From: Bacteroidota bacterium
Lineage (GTDB): Bacteria; Bacteroidota; Ignavibacteria; Kapaibacteriales; DASPKH01
NCBI GenBank assembly: GCA_040386315.1
Contig: JAZKFS010000020.1
Span: forward strand, 4,620-68,619
Reading direction: 5' to 3'
Length of the DNA stretch: 64,000 nt
The translations under genes and the position numbers were made by a program. The notes under the pieces are model-generated. The model ran no database searches and had not been told where the DNA came from. It saw nothing but the letters and a program-made list of their open reading frames with translations. Of this stretch, positions 30,844 through 41,078 are shown one piece after another (positions within the stretch are counted from its first letter, which is position 1; each line of letters opens with the position of its first letter).

Positions 30844-33800
30844 TTAAAAAGATTGTACAGAAATAGAGGTCGTTTCCTGTGATTTATTCCGATGCTTCAC
30901 AGCATTTTCGCCATCGCCAATCGCTTCATACGCTTCGGCGAGTGTAATGTGAATTTTCCGCTCATCGCTTTTCGCATTACTTTCTGTCACGATTTCCAGG
31001 CTTTCTTTTAAAAGCCCGATCGCTTCGTTAACTTTCCCGGTTTTTAAAAGGATGTTTGCGGTTTCCGTCAGGCACGACGCTTCGCCCATTGTATTTCCGA
31101 TCGCGCGGAAAATGGCGAGCGCTTCGGCCAAGTATTCCAGCGCTTTTTCATTGTCTTCCTGCCGCACGAATGCACCGCCGAGTTTTAAAAGCGTGAGCGC
31201 TTCACCTTTTTTATCGCCGATCTTCCTGCGCAGGTCTAAACTTTTAAAATGATAATCGAGCGCGGTGGCATTATCGCCGAGATGCGCGTAATACGAACCA
31301 ATATTATTCAGCGAACTCGCCTCGCCGAATTTATCGCCAAGCTCACGTTTTATCTCCAGGCTTTGAAACTGATAATTCAGCGCGCGTTCGTGTTCGCCCA
31401 TCGCGCTGTAGAGATTGCCGATATTATTCAGCGCGAAGGACTGCGACTGACGATTGCCATTTTCCTCGTGCATTTTCAGGCTTTGCAGGTAATGTTTTAA
31501 AGCGCGCTGGTGCTCGCCCATGTTTTTAAAAGCATTGCCGATATTATTATGCGAAGCGGCAACGCCAAATTCATCACCGGAGGCCTCAAACATTGCCTGG
31601 CTTTGCTGCGCATATTGGAGCGATTTCGGGTAATTTCCCAGATCATAATACACGGTTGAAAGACGGTTAAAACTGGATGCTTCGCCTTTTACATCGCCGA
31701 TCTTTTTAAAAATCGCGGCAGATTCTTCAAATTTTGCAATTGCCGCCGGTTGCAATCCAACTCGCCAGTAACACGTCGCCGCATGCTGAATACTTGTGGC
31801 AAGCCCGATCGTATAGCCCATTTTCTCGGAAAGGCGATATGTCTCATCGCAGATTTTTAAAGCTTCCTGCGGGTCAATTTTCGACTTGTACATCGCCAGC
31901 GAATTCAGCGCGTCAATGCGTTCGGTTTCCAGCGAAAGCGTTTTGATCTTTTCTTCTAAAGCGCGAATTGTGTCAGGAATGGAATGCGTGATTTCCGCTT
32001 CATTTGCAAGCGGGATCTCAAACAAAAATGCTGCGCCGTGGCCGGGTTCGCTTTCGCACCAGATCTTCGCGTTCATCGCTTCGCTGAGTTTTTTTACGAT
32101 CGAAAGTCCAAGCCCGGTGGATGATTCGCCACCCGTTGGCAAAGCCGAAAGCCGGGCGAATTTTCCGAATAATTTTTGCTTGTCGTCATCATTCAACCCC
32201 GGCCCTTCGTCCTGCACTTTTAAAACCGCCGTTTTTAAAACGCTTTTTTCGATGCTGATAGTGACGGATTTTCCATGCGGCGAATATTTTATGGCGTTGG
32301 AAATAAGATTGTCGAGAACTTCCTGGAGTGCGTGTTTATCAGCTTTTACCGTAAGCGAATGAAGCTGCGTTTTAAAAACAATCGAAATATTTTTAGCATT
32401 TGCGCGCTCGCGATATTCTTCACTGAGCTGCCGCGCGATGGAAACAATATCCAGCACTTCCAGCGAAATATTGATCTTACCCGACTCAATTGCATTCACG
32501 TCCAGCAGGTTTGAAACGATGTCGCGCATCCGCGTTGCCGTTGTTTCGATGGACTTAATTTTATCGAGAATTTTCTCTTTTGAAAACCTGTCGTAGTAGC
32601 GCGAAAGGATTTCCGACGAAAGAATAATCGCAGCAAGCGGATTTTTTAAATCATGCGCCGCGATGCCGAGAAATTCATTTTTTTCGTTATTTAATTCCGT
32701 CAGATATTGATTCGCTTCCAGCAGATTTTTATTTAAAGCTTCGGTTTCTTCCTGCGAATCCACAAGCCGCTCGTTCAGCATTTGCACTTTTTCGAGTGCC
32801 TGCGCAATTTCCACATTTTTTAAACGGTAGATTTCCGCATTTAAAGCTTCTCGTTCAGCTTTTTCCTTATCGCGTTTTAAAATTGAAATCCTGTCTGCCA
32901 GCGCAACGGAAAGCAAGACAACTTCAAGCGCCGAGCCAACCTGAACGCCATATTGCGTGATAAGATTATTCGGCAAAACGCCAACCGTTTTTAAAACAAA
33001 AATGAAAAGCCCGGCGACAAACACAGCCCACGCGCTCACATAAAACCGCGCCGGACGATAGCCGTTTTTCAAACTCAAAATCGCCGCCGCGATCACCATT
33101 CCAACAAACGGAAATGCCATCGCAATTGCAATACGGATGAGAACGGAATATTCTATAAAAAGCGAAAGCGCGATCAGCAGCAGACTTGAGTACATCTGCC
33201 ACGTGATGAATTTATTAAGCTTCGGAGTGTTGACTTTAGTGTTTAAAAATTCCTTCGTAAAAATGAGCGCAAAACACTGAAACGCAAACGCGGAAAACAT
33301 CAGCGCTTTATTCGCCCACCACGGCGACTGCGGCCATAGATATTCAAACGACAGCCCGTTGATCGTCATTTGAAAAAGCGTGAAAAACACGAGGTAGCCG
33401 GTGTAGGAAACGTAGGTGCGGTCGCGCAGGAAGATAAAAACGGAGAGATTGTACAGCACCATGATAAGCATAATGCCGTAATACAGCCCAAGCACGATCT
33501 GCTCTTCGTGGTCTTTCGCGATGAATGCCTGCATGCTCCAGAGCGTGAGCGGGATCTGCACCGAACCGCTTGTTTGCAGGCGCATGTAGTAGGTGTTCGA
33601 CGTGTTTTTTTCGAGAGGAAGGCGGAAAATAATATTGCGGTGCTTCAGCTCGCGCATTGAAAACGGGAATTTATCGCCCGAGGCAACTTTTTTAAAACTT
33701 CCGTCCAGCTGCGCTGTATAAAGCTGTGCTTCATCAAGAACGGGATAGCTCAGTTCCAGCAGCCATTCAGCCGATTCTTCCAGCGAATTAACCACCGTAA

Positions 33801-34071
33801 AGCGCACCCAAAAAGCAGATTTCGTCAGGCCGTAGCCCGGCACATCTTCCTTGCTTTTTAAAAACTTTCCTGAATTTTCGGGCGACGAAACATTTGCAAT
33901 GGTGAGCTTCCCGGCTTTATCCTCCAGAATTTCAAGATGTTTACCAAGCACAACTTTGCCGGCTTTGTCGCTGAGCACAGCCGTTTCCTGCGCCGCGCCT
34001 TTAAAAGGCAGACAGCACAGGAGGAAAACGAATATTTTTAAAAACTGCGGAAGGCGCGGCTGTGCTGTCAT
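30844..34071 (-). CDS. 7TMR-DISM sensor histidine kinase with a C-terminal TPR array
   Basis: Periplasmic domain plus 7TM block (FLRDRTYVSYTGY...), coiled coil, HisKA (FLGIAAHDLKNPLAAI), HATPase (GLGLSIVKKL), then ~8 TPR-like repeats (NNIGNAFKNMGEHQRALKHY...). 1075 aa. Confidence 0.8.
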   Translation of the reverse strand: MTAQPRLPQFLKIFVFLLCCLPFKGAAQETAVLSDKAGKVVLGKHLEILEDKAGKLTIANVSSPENSGKFLKSKEDVPGYGLTKSAFWVRFTVVNSLEESAEWLLELSYPVLDEAQLYTAQLDGSFKKVASGDKFPFSMRELKHRNIIFRLPLEKNTSNTYYMRLQTSGSVQIPLTLWSMQAFIAKDHEEQIVLGLYYGIMLIMVLYNLSVFIFLRDRTYVSYTGYLVFFTLFQMTINGLSFEYLWPQSPWWANKALMFSAFAFQCFALIFTKEFLNTKVNTPKLNKFITWQMYSSLLLIALSLFIEYSVLIRIAIAMAFPFVGMVIAAAILSLKNGYRPARFYVSAWAVFVAGLFIFVLKTVGVLPNNLITQYGVQVGSALEVVLLSVALADRISILKRDKEKAEREALNAEIYRLKNVEIAQALEKVQMLNERLVDSQEETEALNKNLLEANQYLTELNNEKNEFLGIAAHDLKNPLAAIILSSEILSRYYDRFSKEKILDKIKSIETTATRMRDIVSNLLDVNAIESGKINISLEVLDIVSIARQLSEEYRERANAKNISIVFKTQLHSLTVKADKHALQEVLDNLISNAIKYSPHGKSVTISIEKSVLKTAVLKVQDEGPGLNDDDKQKLFGKFARLSALPTGGESSTGLGLSIVKKLSEAMNAKIWCESEPGHGAAFLFEIPLANEAEITHSIPDTIRALEEKIKTLSLETERIDALNSLAMYKSKIDPQEALKICDETYRLSEKMGYTIGLATSIQHAATCYWRVGLQPAAIAKFEESAAIFKKIGDVKGEASSFNRLSTVYYDLGNYPKSLQYAQQSQAMFEASGDEFGVAASHNNIGNAFKNMGEHQRALKHYLQSLKMHEENGNRQSQSFALNNIGNLYSAMGEHERALNYQFQSLEIKRELGDKFGEASSLNNIGSYYAHLGDNATALDYHFKSLDLRRKIGDKKGEALTLLKLGGAFVRQEDNEKALEYLAEALAIFRAIGNTMGEASCLTETANILLKTGKVNEAIGLLKESLEIVTESNAKSDERKIHITLAEAYEAIGDGENAVKHRNKSQETTSISVQSF

Positions 34072-34158
34072 AAAAAATGGGGTGGTGAAACCTTTTTAAA
34101 ACTTCTTTTAAAAGGAAATTTGGGAATTCTTTTAAAAACCTAAGCTCAAATATACCAA

Positions 34159-35580
34159 TTATTTGCCTTTTAAAACATCAATCGTCCCACGAATCTGAAA
34201 CAGCTTCCGTGCGATATCCGATTGCTCTTCAGTATGTTTGTCGTAGCGCTTGCTATCTTCCGCGATTTCTGCCAAATATCTCGTTCTCTCCGGCGGAATA
34301 ATATGGATTTTCTCACTCATTTCAGCGGTAATTTCATATTTTGAAGCCCAGTCGAGCTTCATTTTCTCAGTGATCTTATTGATAATTGCGCGGTACAAAG
34401 AATTCGTGCCGGGGTCATTAAACTGCGCAGCAATTGATCCATACACCGGCATTTCCTCAAGCGGCTTGCCGAAAAGCTGGCGGCTGCGCTGATACTGCTT
34501 GCGCACGTCGCGGATCGCATCGAGTGCACCACGTTTGTCAAATTTATTTAAAGCAATAATATCGGCATAATCAATCATGTCAATTTTTTCAAGCTGCGTC
34601 GCGGCACCATATTCCGGCGTCATCACGTAAAGCGACACGTCGGCGATTTCCGTGATTTCCGAATCGCTCTGGCCAATTCCCGCCGTTTCTACAATTATCA
34701 GGTCAAAGCCCGCAGCTTTTAAAACTTCCAGCGATGTCTGCACATTTTTGTTTAGCGCCACGTTTGCTTCGCGCGTAGCGAATGAGCGCATGTATACGCG
34801 ATCGTTGCTCACGGAATTCATGCGAATCCTGTCGCCCAAAAGCGCACCACCCGTTTTGCGTTTCGACGGGTCAACTGACACAACAGCAATTGTTTTATCT
34901 TTAAAATCCACGAGGAATCGGCGAACAAGCTCATCCGTCAACGAGGATTTCCCCGCACCGCCCGTTCCGGTAATTCCCAGAACGGGAATTACTTTTTCTT
35001 CAGCCGCACCCTGTAGCCCTTTTAAAAACTTCGCGCTTTCTTCCGGATTATTTTCAATGAGCGTAATCGCCTGCGCGATCGCCAGCGGATTCTTTTTAAA
35101 AACTTCGCTCTGCAGATTGTTTTTAAAAGTCACCGGCGTTTCATAGTCCGACTGCTGGATTACGTCGTTGATCATTCCCTGCAAGCCTAGCGAACGTCCG
35201 TCATCCGGCGAATAAATTCGCGTGATTCCGTACTTGTGCAATTCATCAATTTCTGTGGGCAGGATCGTTCCACCGCCGCCGCCGAAAATCTTGATGTGCC
35301 CTGCACCACGTTCTTTTAAAAGGTCGAACATATATTTAAAATACTCAACGTGACCGCCCTGGTAGCTCGTGATCGCGACAGATTGTGCGTCTTCCTGTAT
35401 CGCGCAGTCCACGATCTCCTGCACTGAGCGGTTATGCCCGAGGTGGATCACTTCCGCGCCCGTGCCTTGCAAAATTCGGCGCATGATATTAATTGCCGCG
35501 TCGTGCCCGTCGAAAAGCGATGCGGCTGTGACGATGCGGACTTTATTTTTTGGTTTGTATGCTTCGGCAGGGGTGGTCAT
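34159..35580 (-). CDS. B12-binding domain fused to MeaB/ArgK-type G-protein chaperone (N-terminal two-thirds of an IcmF-like fused acyl-CoA mutase)
   Basis: Cobalamin-binding domain ([14 protein letters not shown]...SYQGGH) followed by P-loop GTPase ([13 protein letters not shown]...NKFD); 473 aa. Confidence 0.8.
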   Translation of the reverse strand: MTTPAEAYKPKNKVRIVTAASLFDGHDAAINIMRRILQGTGAEVIHLGHNRSVQEIVDCAIQEDAQSVAITSYQGGHVEYFKYMFDLLKERGAGHIKIFGGGGGTILPTEIDELHKYGITRIYSPDDGRSLGLQGMINDVIQQSDYETPVTFKNNLQSEVFKKNPLAIAQAITLIENNPEESAKFLKGLQGAAEEKVIPVLGITGTGGAGKSSLTDELVRRFLVDFKDKTIAVVSVDPSKRKTGGALLGDRIRMNSVSNDRVYMRSFATREANVALNKNVQTSLEVLKAAGFDLIIVETAGIGQSDSEITEIADVSLYVMTPEYGAATQLEKIDMIDYADIIALNKFDKRGALDAIRDVRKQYQRSRQLFGKPLEEMPVYGSIAAQFNDPGTNSLYRAIINKITEKMKLDWASKYEITAEMSEKIHIIPPERTRYLAEIAEDSKRYDKHTEEQSDIARKLFQIRGTIDVLKGK

Positions 35581-35614
35581 ATATTTTTTTAAAAGTAAAG
35601 TTTTTAAAAGTGCT

Positions 35615-37111
35615 TTAAAAATGAAACTGACCGCTTATATAAAGAACGGTTGCAGTAAGATTATGCGATAAAGCGGGAATTGAATTACTATATTTACGCC
35701 CAAAATTTTCAACTGATGCATCATATTTCGGCGTTACAAAATCCGGCACCACATGTTGGCGTACCGATACATGATATGATACACTCGGAGTTACATAATA
35801 TCCAACTGAACCACCTATCATCCACCCGATTAAAGATTCAGCCTTTTCAAATATCAGCGGCGGCTGGGGTTGAATTCCTTCATCCGCAGGAGCAGGGTAC
35901 GTAAGCCTGCCATTTACACTAGCATTTGTAACTGTAGCTCCAAGTGCAATGGAGGTTTCAAATCCTGCCGGGCTTAAAACCAATGGCGAATTAATGATGA
36001 ACACTCCATATACTGTACCTGATAGGGTGCGTACTGCATAGAAATCCTGATCTTCAGGAAACGGCTCATTGAGTAATTTACCCGGTAAGAACTCAGCCCC
36101 GATACGTAAGCGACGTGTTATAGAATATTCAGCATTAATGGTGTAGCCAAAATAGCGTGTTAAATTAATCTCCGTTGGAGACTTGATATCAGGAAGTGCG
36201 GCGGCTAATCCCAGGGACAGATGAAATCTTTTCATATATGTCTTGGTTTCTTCATCAGTGATTGGAAGCTTGCTCTCTTTTAATGCCTCTGCTGTTTCGA
36301 TTGATCGTTTCACTTCCGGTGGAATTCGTATAGTATTATTAATGATAGATTCACTCTCCAGTATACTTTGCCATTGATTAAAGATCTCCTTTCTCCTTCC
36401 GATTATTATATCGGAGTATTGGGTGTATCCATATAGCGCGCCATAACCTGCGCCTAGAAGCATACTTGGAACTATATCTATACTATTATACTGCCTGCTA
36501 ATCCTCTCCATAATATACCACCCTAAGGCTCCCGCTGTAGCTACGGTTCCGGCTTTTACTGAAGTATTCAGCAGTGGCCGGTCTTTAAAATGGATTTTAT
36601 CAATATCCTGAAATGAAATAACCTGAATATTCTTCTCTGCTTCACGCCAGCTATATTTCTCGGAATTCTTCCAGATTCCGAGCAAGGAATCATTGACGAA
36701 TAATAAGCGACCGCTAATATCTCTACCTTCGCTTGTCACCCGCACTACTTTTCCATCCGCCGGTTCTATTTCAGATATTCTGACATATTTCCGTACTACA
36801 GGATTTGCTTTAAATCTTTCCGGCTCTTCAGCATTCTCGATGTATGACTTTATTTCTTCTGCATCTTTAAAGCTGATCGTAAAGTTTGTATCATTACGCT
36901 CTTTTCTGGTAATGATTATTGTAATAGAATCAGCGTTTTTCTCAGCTCTTGCCGATACAAATCGTCCAATATCATAAAACAGTCCGAAATATACACGTTC
37001 ATCCGCATCTATTCCATCACCTACACGTTCACTTATCCTATACTTTTCGCTCTGACCAAAACTTACTACAAATCCGATAAAAAATATAACTACAATCCTT
37101 ACCAATAGCAT
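35615..37111 (-). CDS. outer-membrane beta-barrel protein, unknown function
   Basis: signal/[22 protein letters not shown] (start at internal Met; ORF track extends to 37144); C-terminal ...LYISGQFHF. Confidence 0.55.
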   Translation of the reverse strand: MLLVRIVVIFFIGFVVSFGQSEKYRISERVGDGIDADERVYFGLFYDIGRFVSARAEKNADSITIIITRKERNDTNFTISFKDAEEIKSYIENAEEPERFKANPVVRKYVRISEIEPADGKVVRVTSEGRDISGRLLFVNDSLLGIWKNSEKYSWREAEKNIQVISFQDIDKIHFKDRPLLNTSVKAGTVATAGALGWYIMERISRQYNSIDIVPSMLLGAGYGALYGYTQYSDIIIGRRKEIFNQWQSILESESIINNTIRIPPEVKRSIETAEALKESKLPITDEETKTYMKRFHLSLGLAAALPDIKSPTEINLTRYFGYTINAEYSITRRLRIGAEFLPGKLLNEPFPEDQDFYAVRTLSGTVYGVFIINSPLVLSPAGFETSIALGATVTNASVNGRLTYPAPADEGIQPQPPLIFEKAESLIGWMIGGSVGYYVTPSVSYHVSVRQHVVPDFVTPKYDASVENFGRKYSNSIPALSHNLTATVLYISGQFHF

Positions 37112-37336
37112 TTTCAAATCTCTGTAATGAATTCTAAAGCACAAAATTACGAAGTTTTTAAAAGATTATTCTGTTTGTCATCTGTTTTTTAAAAGAAAGC
37201 CAATATACTCTTTTAAAAGCTTGTTGTAAAAATGTTTTTAAAAGGATTTTACCAGCGAACAAAGCGTTAATTTTGTAATCTTTTATAAATTTATAAATCC
37301 TTGTAAAACTTTGTCAATCTTTTAAAAATAGAAATT

Positions 37337-38614
37337 ATGTTCAGACCAGTTTCCCCAGCCGAAGCCGTTTCCGTGATAAAATCGGGCGACCGCGTGTATG
37401 TGCACAGCGTTGCCGCCGCGCCGCAAGTTCTTATTAATGCTATGACCGAACGTGCGAATGAACTTAAAAACGTAGAAGTTGTGCATCTTCATACCGAGGG
37501 CAATGCGCCGTATGCTGCGCCCGGGATGGAAGAGAGTTTTTCGGTGAATGTGCTTTTTACGGGTGCAAATGTGCGTGAGGCGGTGCAGAGTGGCCGCGCG
37601 AATTACGTTCCGGTATTTTTGAGCGAGGTTCCGGCGCTTTTCCGCTTGAAAATTCTACCGCTCGACGTAGCGCTGGTGCAGGTTTCTGTGCCGGATAAGC
37701 ATGGATATTGTTCGCTTGGAATTTCCGTTGATGCCACGCTTGCGGCGGTGCAGTCGGCGAAAGTGACGATTGCGCAGATGAACCCGCAGATGCCGCGCAC
37801 GCATGGTGACAGTATGATCCATATCAGCAAATTCCACGCGTTTATTGAGGCGGACGAGCCGCTGTGCATTCATGAAGAGCATCCGCCGTCGGAGGACGAA
37901 CTCGCGATTGGGCGTCATGTAGCGGAATTGATTGAAAACGGCGCGACGCTGCAAATGGGTATTGGCGCGATTCCGAACGCGGTTCTGGCGTCGCTCACGA
38001 ATCATAAAGGGCTGGGAATCCACACGGAAATGTTCTCTGACGGCGTGATTCCGCTGGTGGAGCGTGGCATTATCACGGGCGAGCACAAGAAAATTTATAA
38101 AAATAAAATCGTGTCGGGTTTTGTGATGGGCACGCGAAAATTGTACGATTTTATTGACGACAATCCGAAGGTCGCCATGCTCGACATCGCGTATGTGAAC
38201 GACACGGCGAATATCCGCAAAAACCCGAAAGTAACGGCGATAAATAGCGCAATCGAGGTGGACCTGAGCGGGCAGGTGTGCGCGGACACTATCGGCACGC
38301 GGCAGTTTTCCGGTGTGGGTGGGCAGATGGACTTTATCCGCGGGGCATCGCTCTCGGAAGGCGGCAAGCCGATAATCGCGCTGCCATCAGCTACAAAGCG
38401 CGGCGAATCACGCATCACGACGTTTTTAAAACAGGGCGCAGGCGTTACAACCACGCGCGCGCACGTGCACTACATCGTAACGGAATACGGAGTGGCCTAT
38501 CTCTACGGGCGCAACATGGCGCAGCGTGCCAAAGCGCTCATCGCCATCGCACATCCCGACCACCGCGAACGCCTTGAACGCGAGGCGCATGAGGCGCGGT
38601 TGTTGAGGTTTTAA
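37337..38614 (+). CDS. acetyl-CoA hydrolase/transferase family protein (4-hydroxybutyrate/butyryl-CoA:acetate CoA-transferase-like)
   Basis: MFRPVSPAEAVSVIKSGDRVYVHSVAAAPQ...; family signature GVGGQMDF. Confidence 0.8.
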   Translation: MFRPVSPAEAVSVIKSGDRVYVHSVAAAPQVLINAMTERANELKNVEVVHLHTEGNAPYAAPGMEESFSVNVLFTGANVREAVQSGRANYVPVFLSEVPALFRLKILPLDVALVQVSVPDKHGYCSLGISVDATLAAVQSAKVTIAQMNPQMPRTHGDSMIHISKFHAFIEADEPLCIHEEHPPSEDELAIGRHVAELIENGATLQMGIGAIPNAVLASLTNHKGLGIHTEMFSDGVIPLVERGIITGEHKKIYKNKIVSGFVMGTRKLYDFIDDNPKVAMLDIAYVNDTANIRKNPKVTAINSAIEVDLSGQVCADTIGTRQFSGVGGQMDFIRGASLSEGGKPIIALPSATKRGESRITTFLKQGAGVTTTRAHVHYIVTEYGVAYLYGRNMAQRAKALIAIAHPDHRERLEREAHEARLLRF

Positions 38615-38646
38615 AAAAGTGTTTTTAAAGGAATATTTTTAAAATG

Positions 38647-38672
38647 AAATCCTGCTTTCGGGCGGGATTTTT
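38647..38672 (+). terminator. Rho-independent terminator
   Basis: AAATCCTGC-tttcg-GGCGGGATTTTT hairpin + T-run after the CoA-transferase stop. Confidence 0.55.
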
Positions 38673-38689
38673 AAGAGAGTGTTTATACG

Positions 38690-39277
38690 ATGTCAGTAAG
38701 CCAGCTTCTTCAGGTAATGAAATATATGTCTCCCGGCATCCCGGATGAGGAATTGGATAACTTACTGCTAATGCTGAGCGAAGGACAGGTTTCCCGTGGT
38801 GAGCATCTTGTGACTGCAGGCCAGAATTTCAGGTTTATAAACTTTATTACGAAGGGTGCTGCCAGGATGTATCACCTTCATAAAAACGGGAACGAAACGA
38901 ATATAATTCTTGGTGTGGAAAATGACTTCGTCCAGGATTATGAAAGCCTGATAAAAGGGAAGACCTCTGATTTTTATGTTCAGGCGACCGAAGATTCATC
39001 CTTTATTCATATTGATTATAATAAATTTGAAGAATTGTTGGGCTCTACCAAACACTGGGAACACTGCGGACGGATGATAAATCAGTTCGTACTGCTCGGT
39101 GTTTTCGCTAGCGCGCAATCCTTTATGTTTTTGACGCCGCAGGAACGCTATCTGAAACTACTCCGTGAGCAGCCCCGCCTTATACAGCGGTTTTCGCAGG
39201 AACACATTGCGTCGTATCTTGGCATAAAACGTGAATCTCTGAGCCGGATAAAAAATCGCGTAGCACGACGATTTTAA
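38690..39277 (+). CDS. Crp/Fnr-family transcriptional regulator
   Basis: cNMP-binding-like beta-roll followed by C-terminal HTH (EHIASYLGIKRESLSRIKNRV). Confidence 0.75.
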   Translation: MSVSQLLQVMKYMSPGIPDEELDNLLLMLSEGQVSRGEHLVTAGQNFRFINFITKGAARMYHLHKNGNETNIILGVENDFVQDYESLIKGKTSDFYVQATEDSSFIHIDYNKFEELLGSTKHWEHCGRMINQFVLLGVFASAQSFMFLTPQERYLKLLREQPRLIQRFSQEHIASYLGIKRESLSRIKNRVARRF

Positions 39278-39366
39278 CCAAAGTCACATATTTTTATACC
39301 GTCGGCTCTGCATTTTTGTTTTTATAAATAACCACATTTTTAAAAACATCAATCGGAGAATTCCTA

Positions 39367-39846
39367 ATGAAAATTACCATCAGGGAAGCCGCACTGTGGC
39401 TTGGCATGTTTTTCTTTTCCATTCTCATCGGGGCGACAATATACCAGATGCTCGTCATCGTACCCGAGTTCACGCGCGACATACCTCATTCAATGATAAA
39501 CTTCGCCCGGGGCAATATCCACACCTTTGCTTTTTGGGCATCGCCTATCCTGCCGGTGGGGTTCTTTCTTGTAGTAATTGCCCTTGTTCTCAACTGGAAG
39601 ACGCCGCGAAAAAAATGGCTGATTTTTTCAATTTCACTGGCTGTCGTGGGAGAAATAATAACTATTCTCCTTGTTTATCCGCAGCTGAAGCTAATGGGCC
39701 TTCTGGACGGAATGCCAACTACCGATGTTTCTCTTCTGGCCGCAACTATAAAAAACTTCGTTGTAGCCGACCAACTCAGATTTTTCCTGCTGGCAATTCC
39801 TTCATTTTTCTTTTATCTCAAGGCACTGACTATAAGAGTTGAGTAG
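39367..39846 (+). CDS. small integral membrane protein (4 TM), unknown function
   Basis: hydrophobic helices; 159 aa. Confidence 0.55.
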   Translation: MKITIREAALWLGMFFFSILIGATIYQMLVIVPEFTRDIPHSMINFARGNIHTFAFWASPILPVGFFLVVIALVLNWKTPRKKWLIFSISLAVVGEIITILLVYPQLKLMGLLDGMPTTDVSLLAATIKNFVVADQLRFFLLAIPSFFFYLKALTIRVE

Positions 39847-39920
39847 TTGTTTAAAAAAAAGAAAAAGGAATCCAGCGGATTCCCATGTTTATAGAAAATA
39901 TGTCCGAATAATGTTTGTGC

Positions 39921-39995
39921 GACCCCAGCCGGGGTCGAACCTTTTTAAAAATGCTTTGGAGCTATAAATCTGTAATCCCTCTGGGATTATTTTTA
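39921..39995 (+). terminator. two tandem Rho-independent terminators
   Basis: GACCCC-agcc-GGGGTC followed by TTTTT (39921-39946) and TAATCCC-tct-GGGATTA followed by TTTTT (39973-39994). Confidence 0.65.
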
Positions 39996-40051
39996 AAAGA
40001 AGTTTTTCTGTAATTTTAAAAAGTGCTTTTTAAAAATTATCACTGAGCTTT

Positions 40052-41035
40052 ATGTCTGAAGAAAAGCTGACACCGACGCGTTTAGTTTTTATACCGTTTT
40101 TGATTATTTCTATTCTATTTCCAGTAATTTATAGCCTCCTACATTGGCTGCTTCTTACGAATTACGAAATTTTTGAATTTGACATTTTGGTTGATTATTT
40201 TCTACCAATATTGCTTGCTTTGGGACTTTACGTAGTATTTATAAATTCACGGATTGACTTATTAGACCATACAATAACAGATAATGTGCATTATGATGGA
40301 GGGAAATTTCTTTTTATAATTGCGGCGATAGGGATTACAGTACCAACGATAATTCTTCAGAAGACCGTTCATGAAATAGCAGGAAAGATAACTGAGCTAG
40401 GAGCAATCAGCGAAATCAAGCAGCACCGACCGACAAAATATTATAATTTGAAAAGTTATTTCATAGAAAAGAATTATCCTGGAATTTATACAAATGAATG
40501 GAATTATAAACTTAACACCAATTTTGATGTATATATAGTCGCTCCTATACTGAATTCTGCTCAGGATACTAATTTGCCAAAGTATGATGCTTGGATAGGA
40601 AAAATTTATCGCTTTGATATTGATAAAAATGAAAACAGCAAGGTGAAGGAACAAGCATTTGAGAGTTTCACTAATAAAAGCATCGAAAGTTTTAAAAATA
40701 GTACGTTTACCGGCTTTAATCATTTGGAGCGAATGCGACAAGACGTTTCGGCTTATCAGCTAGCGGCATATCAAACTGATAAGGCAGATACGGAGCCGAT
40801 AATTTTTGAGGCAAAGTTTGAACCTTTTGAAGCAAGAGCAGAGGGTGACTTAGAGCTTTGTATTTTTATTTACTGTATTTCAACGGCAGCATTCTTTTTC
40901 TTAACCTATAATAAACCATTTAATAAATACAGGTTAAGCCGCTTTTTAAAAATTCCTTACGAAGATCAACGCCAACCTGTAAGAGACCCGAATTACAAAT
41001 CAAAAAAACGTCGCAATCGCTCGCAGAATCTTTAA
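40052..41035 (+). CDS. hypothetical membrane protein, AT-rich codon usage unlike neighbours
   Basis: 3-4 N-terminal TM helices, soluble middle, C-terminal TM + basic tail ([12 protein letters not shown]); no recognisable family. Confidence 0.5.
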   Translation: MSEEKLTPTRLVFIPFLIISILFPVIYSLLHWLLLTNYEIFEFDILVDYFLPILLALGLYVVFINSRIDLLDHTITDNVHYDGGKFLFIIAAIGITVPTIILQKTVHEIAGKITELGAISEIKQHRPTKYYNLKSYFIEKNYPGIYTNEWNYKLNTNFDVYIVAPILNSAQDTNLPKYDAWIGKIYRFDIDKNENSKVKEQAFESFTNKSIESFKNSTFTGFNHLERMRQDVSAYQLAAYQTDKADTEPIIFEAKFEPFEARAEGDLELCIFIYCISTAAFFFLTYNKPFNKYRLSRFLKIPYEDQRQPVRDPNYKSKKRRNRSQNL

Positions 41036-41078
41036 AATCCAAACAAACCTCTCCATATTTCGTCCTTGTGTCGTAAAT

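Noticed and set aside
39919-39945. GACCCCAGCCGGGGTCGAACC resembles a tRNA T-arm (GGTTCGA on the reverse strand), raising the possibility of a tRNA gene or fragment
   Set aside because: No acceptor, D or anticodon arms can be formed around it. It is a simple 6-bp stem / 4-nt loop followed by a T-run directly after a stop codon, so it is better explained as an intrinsic terminator.
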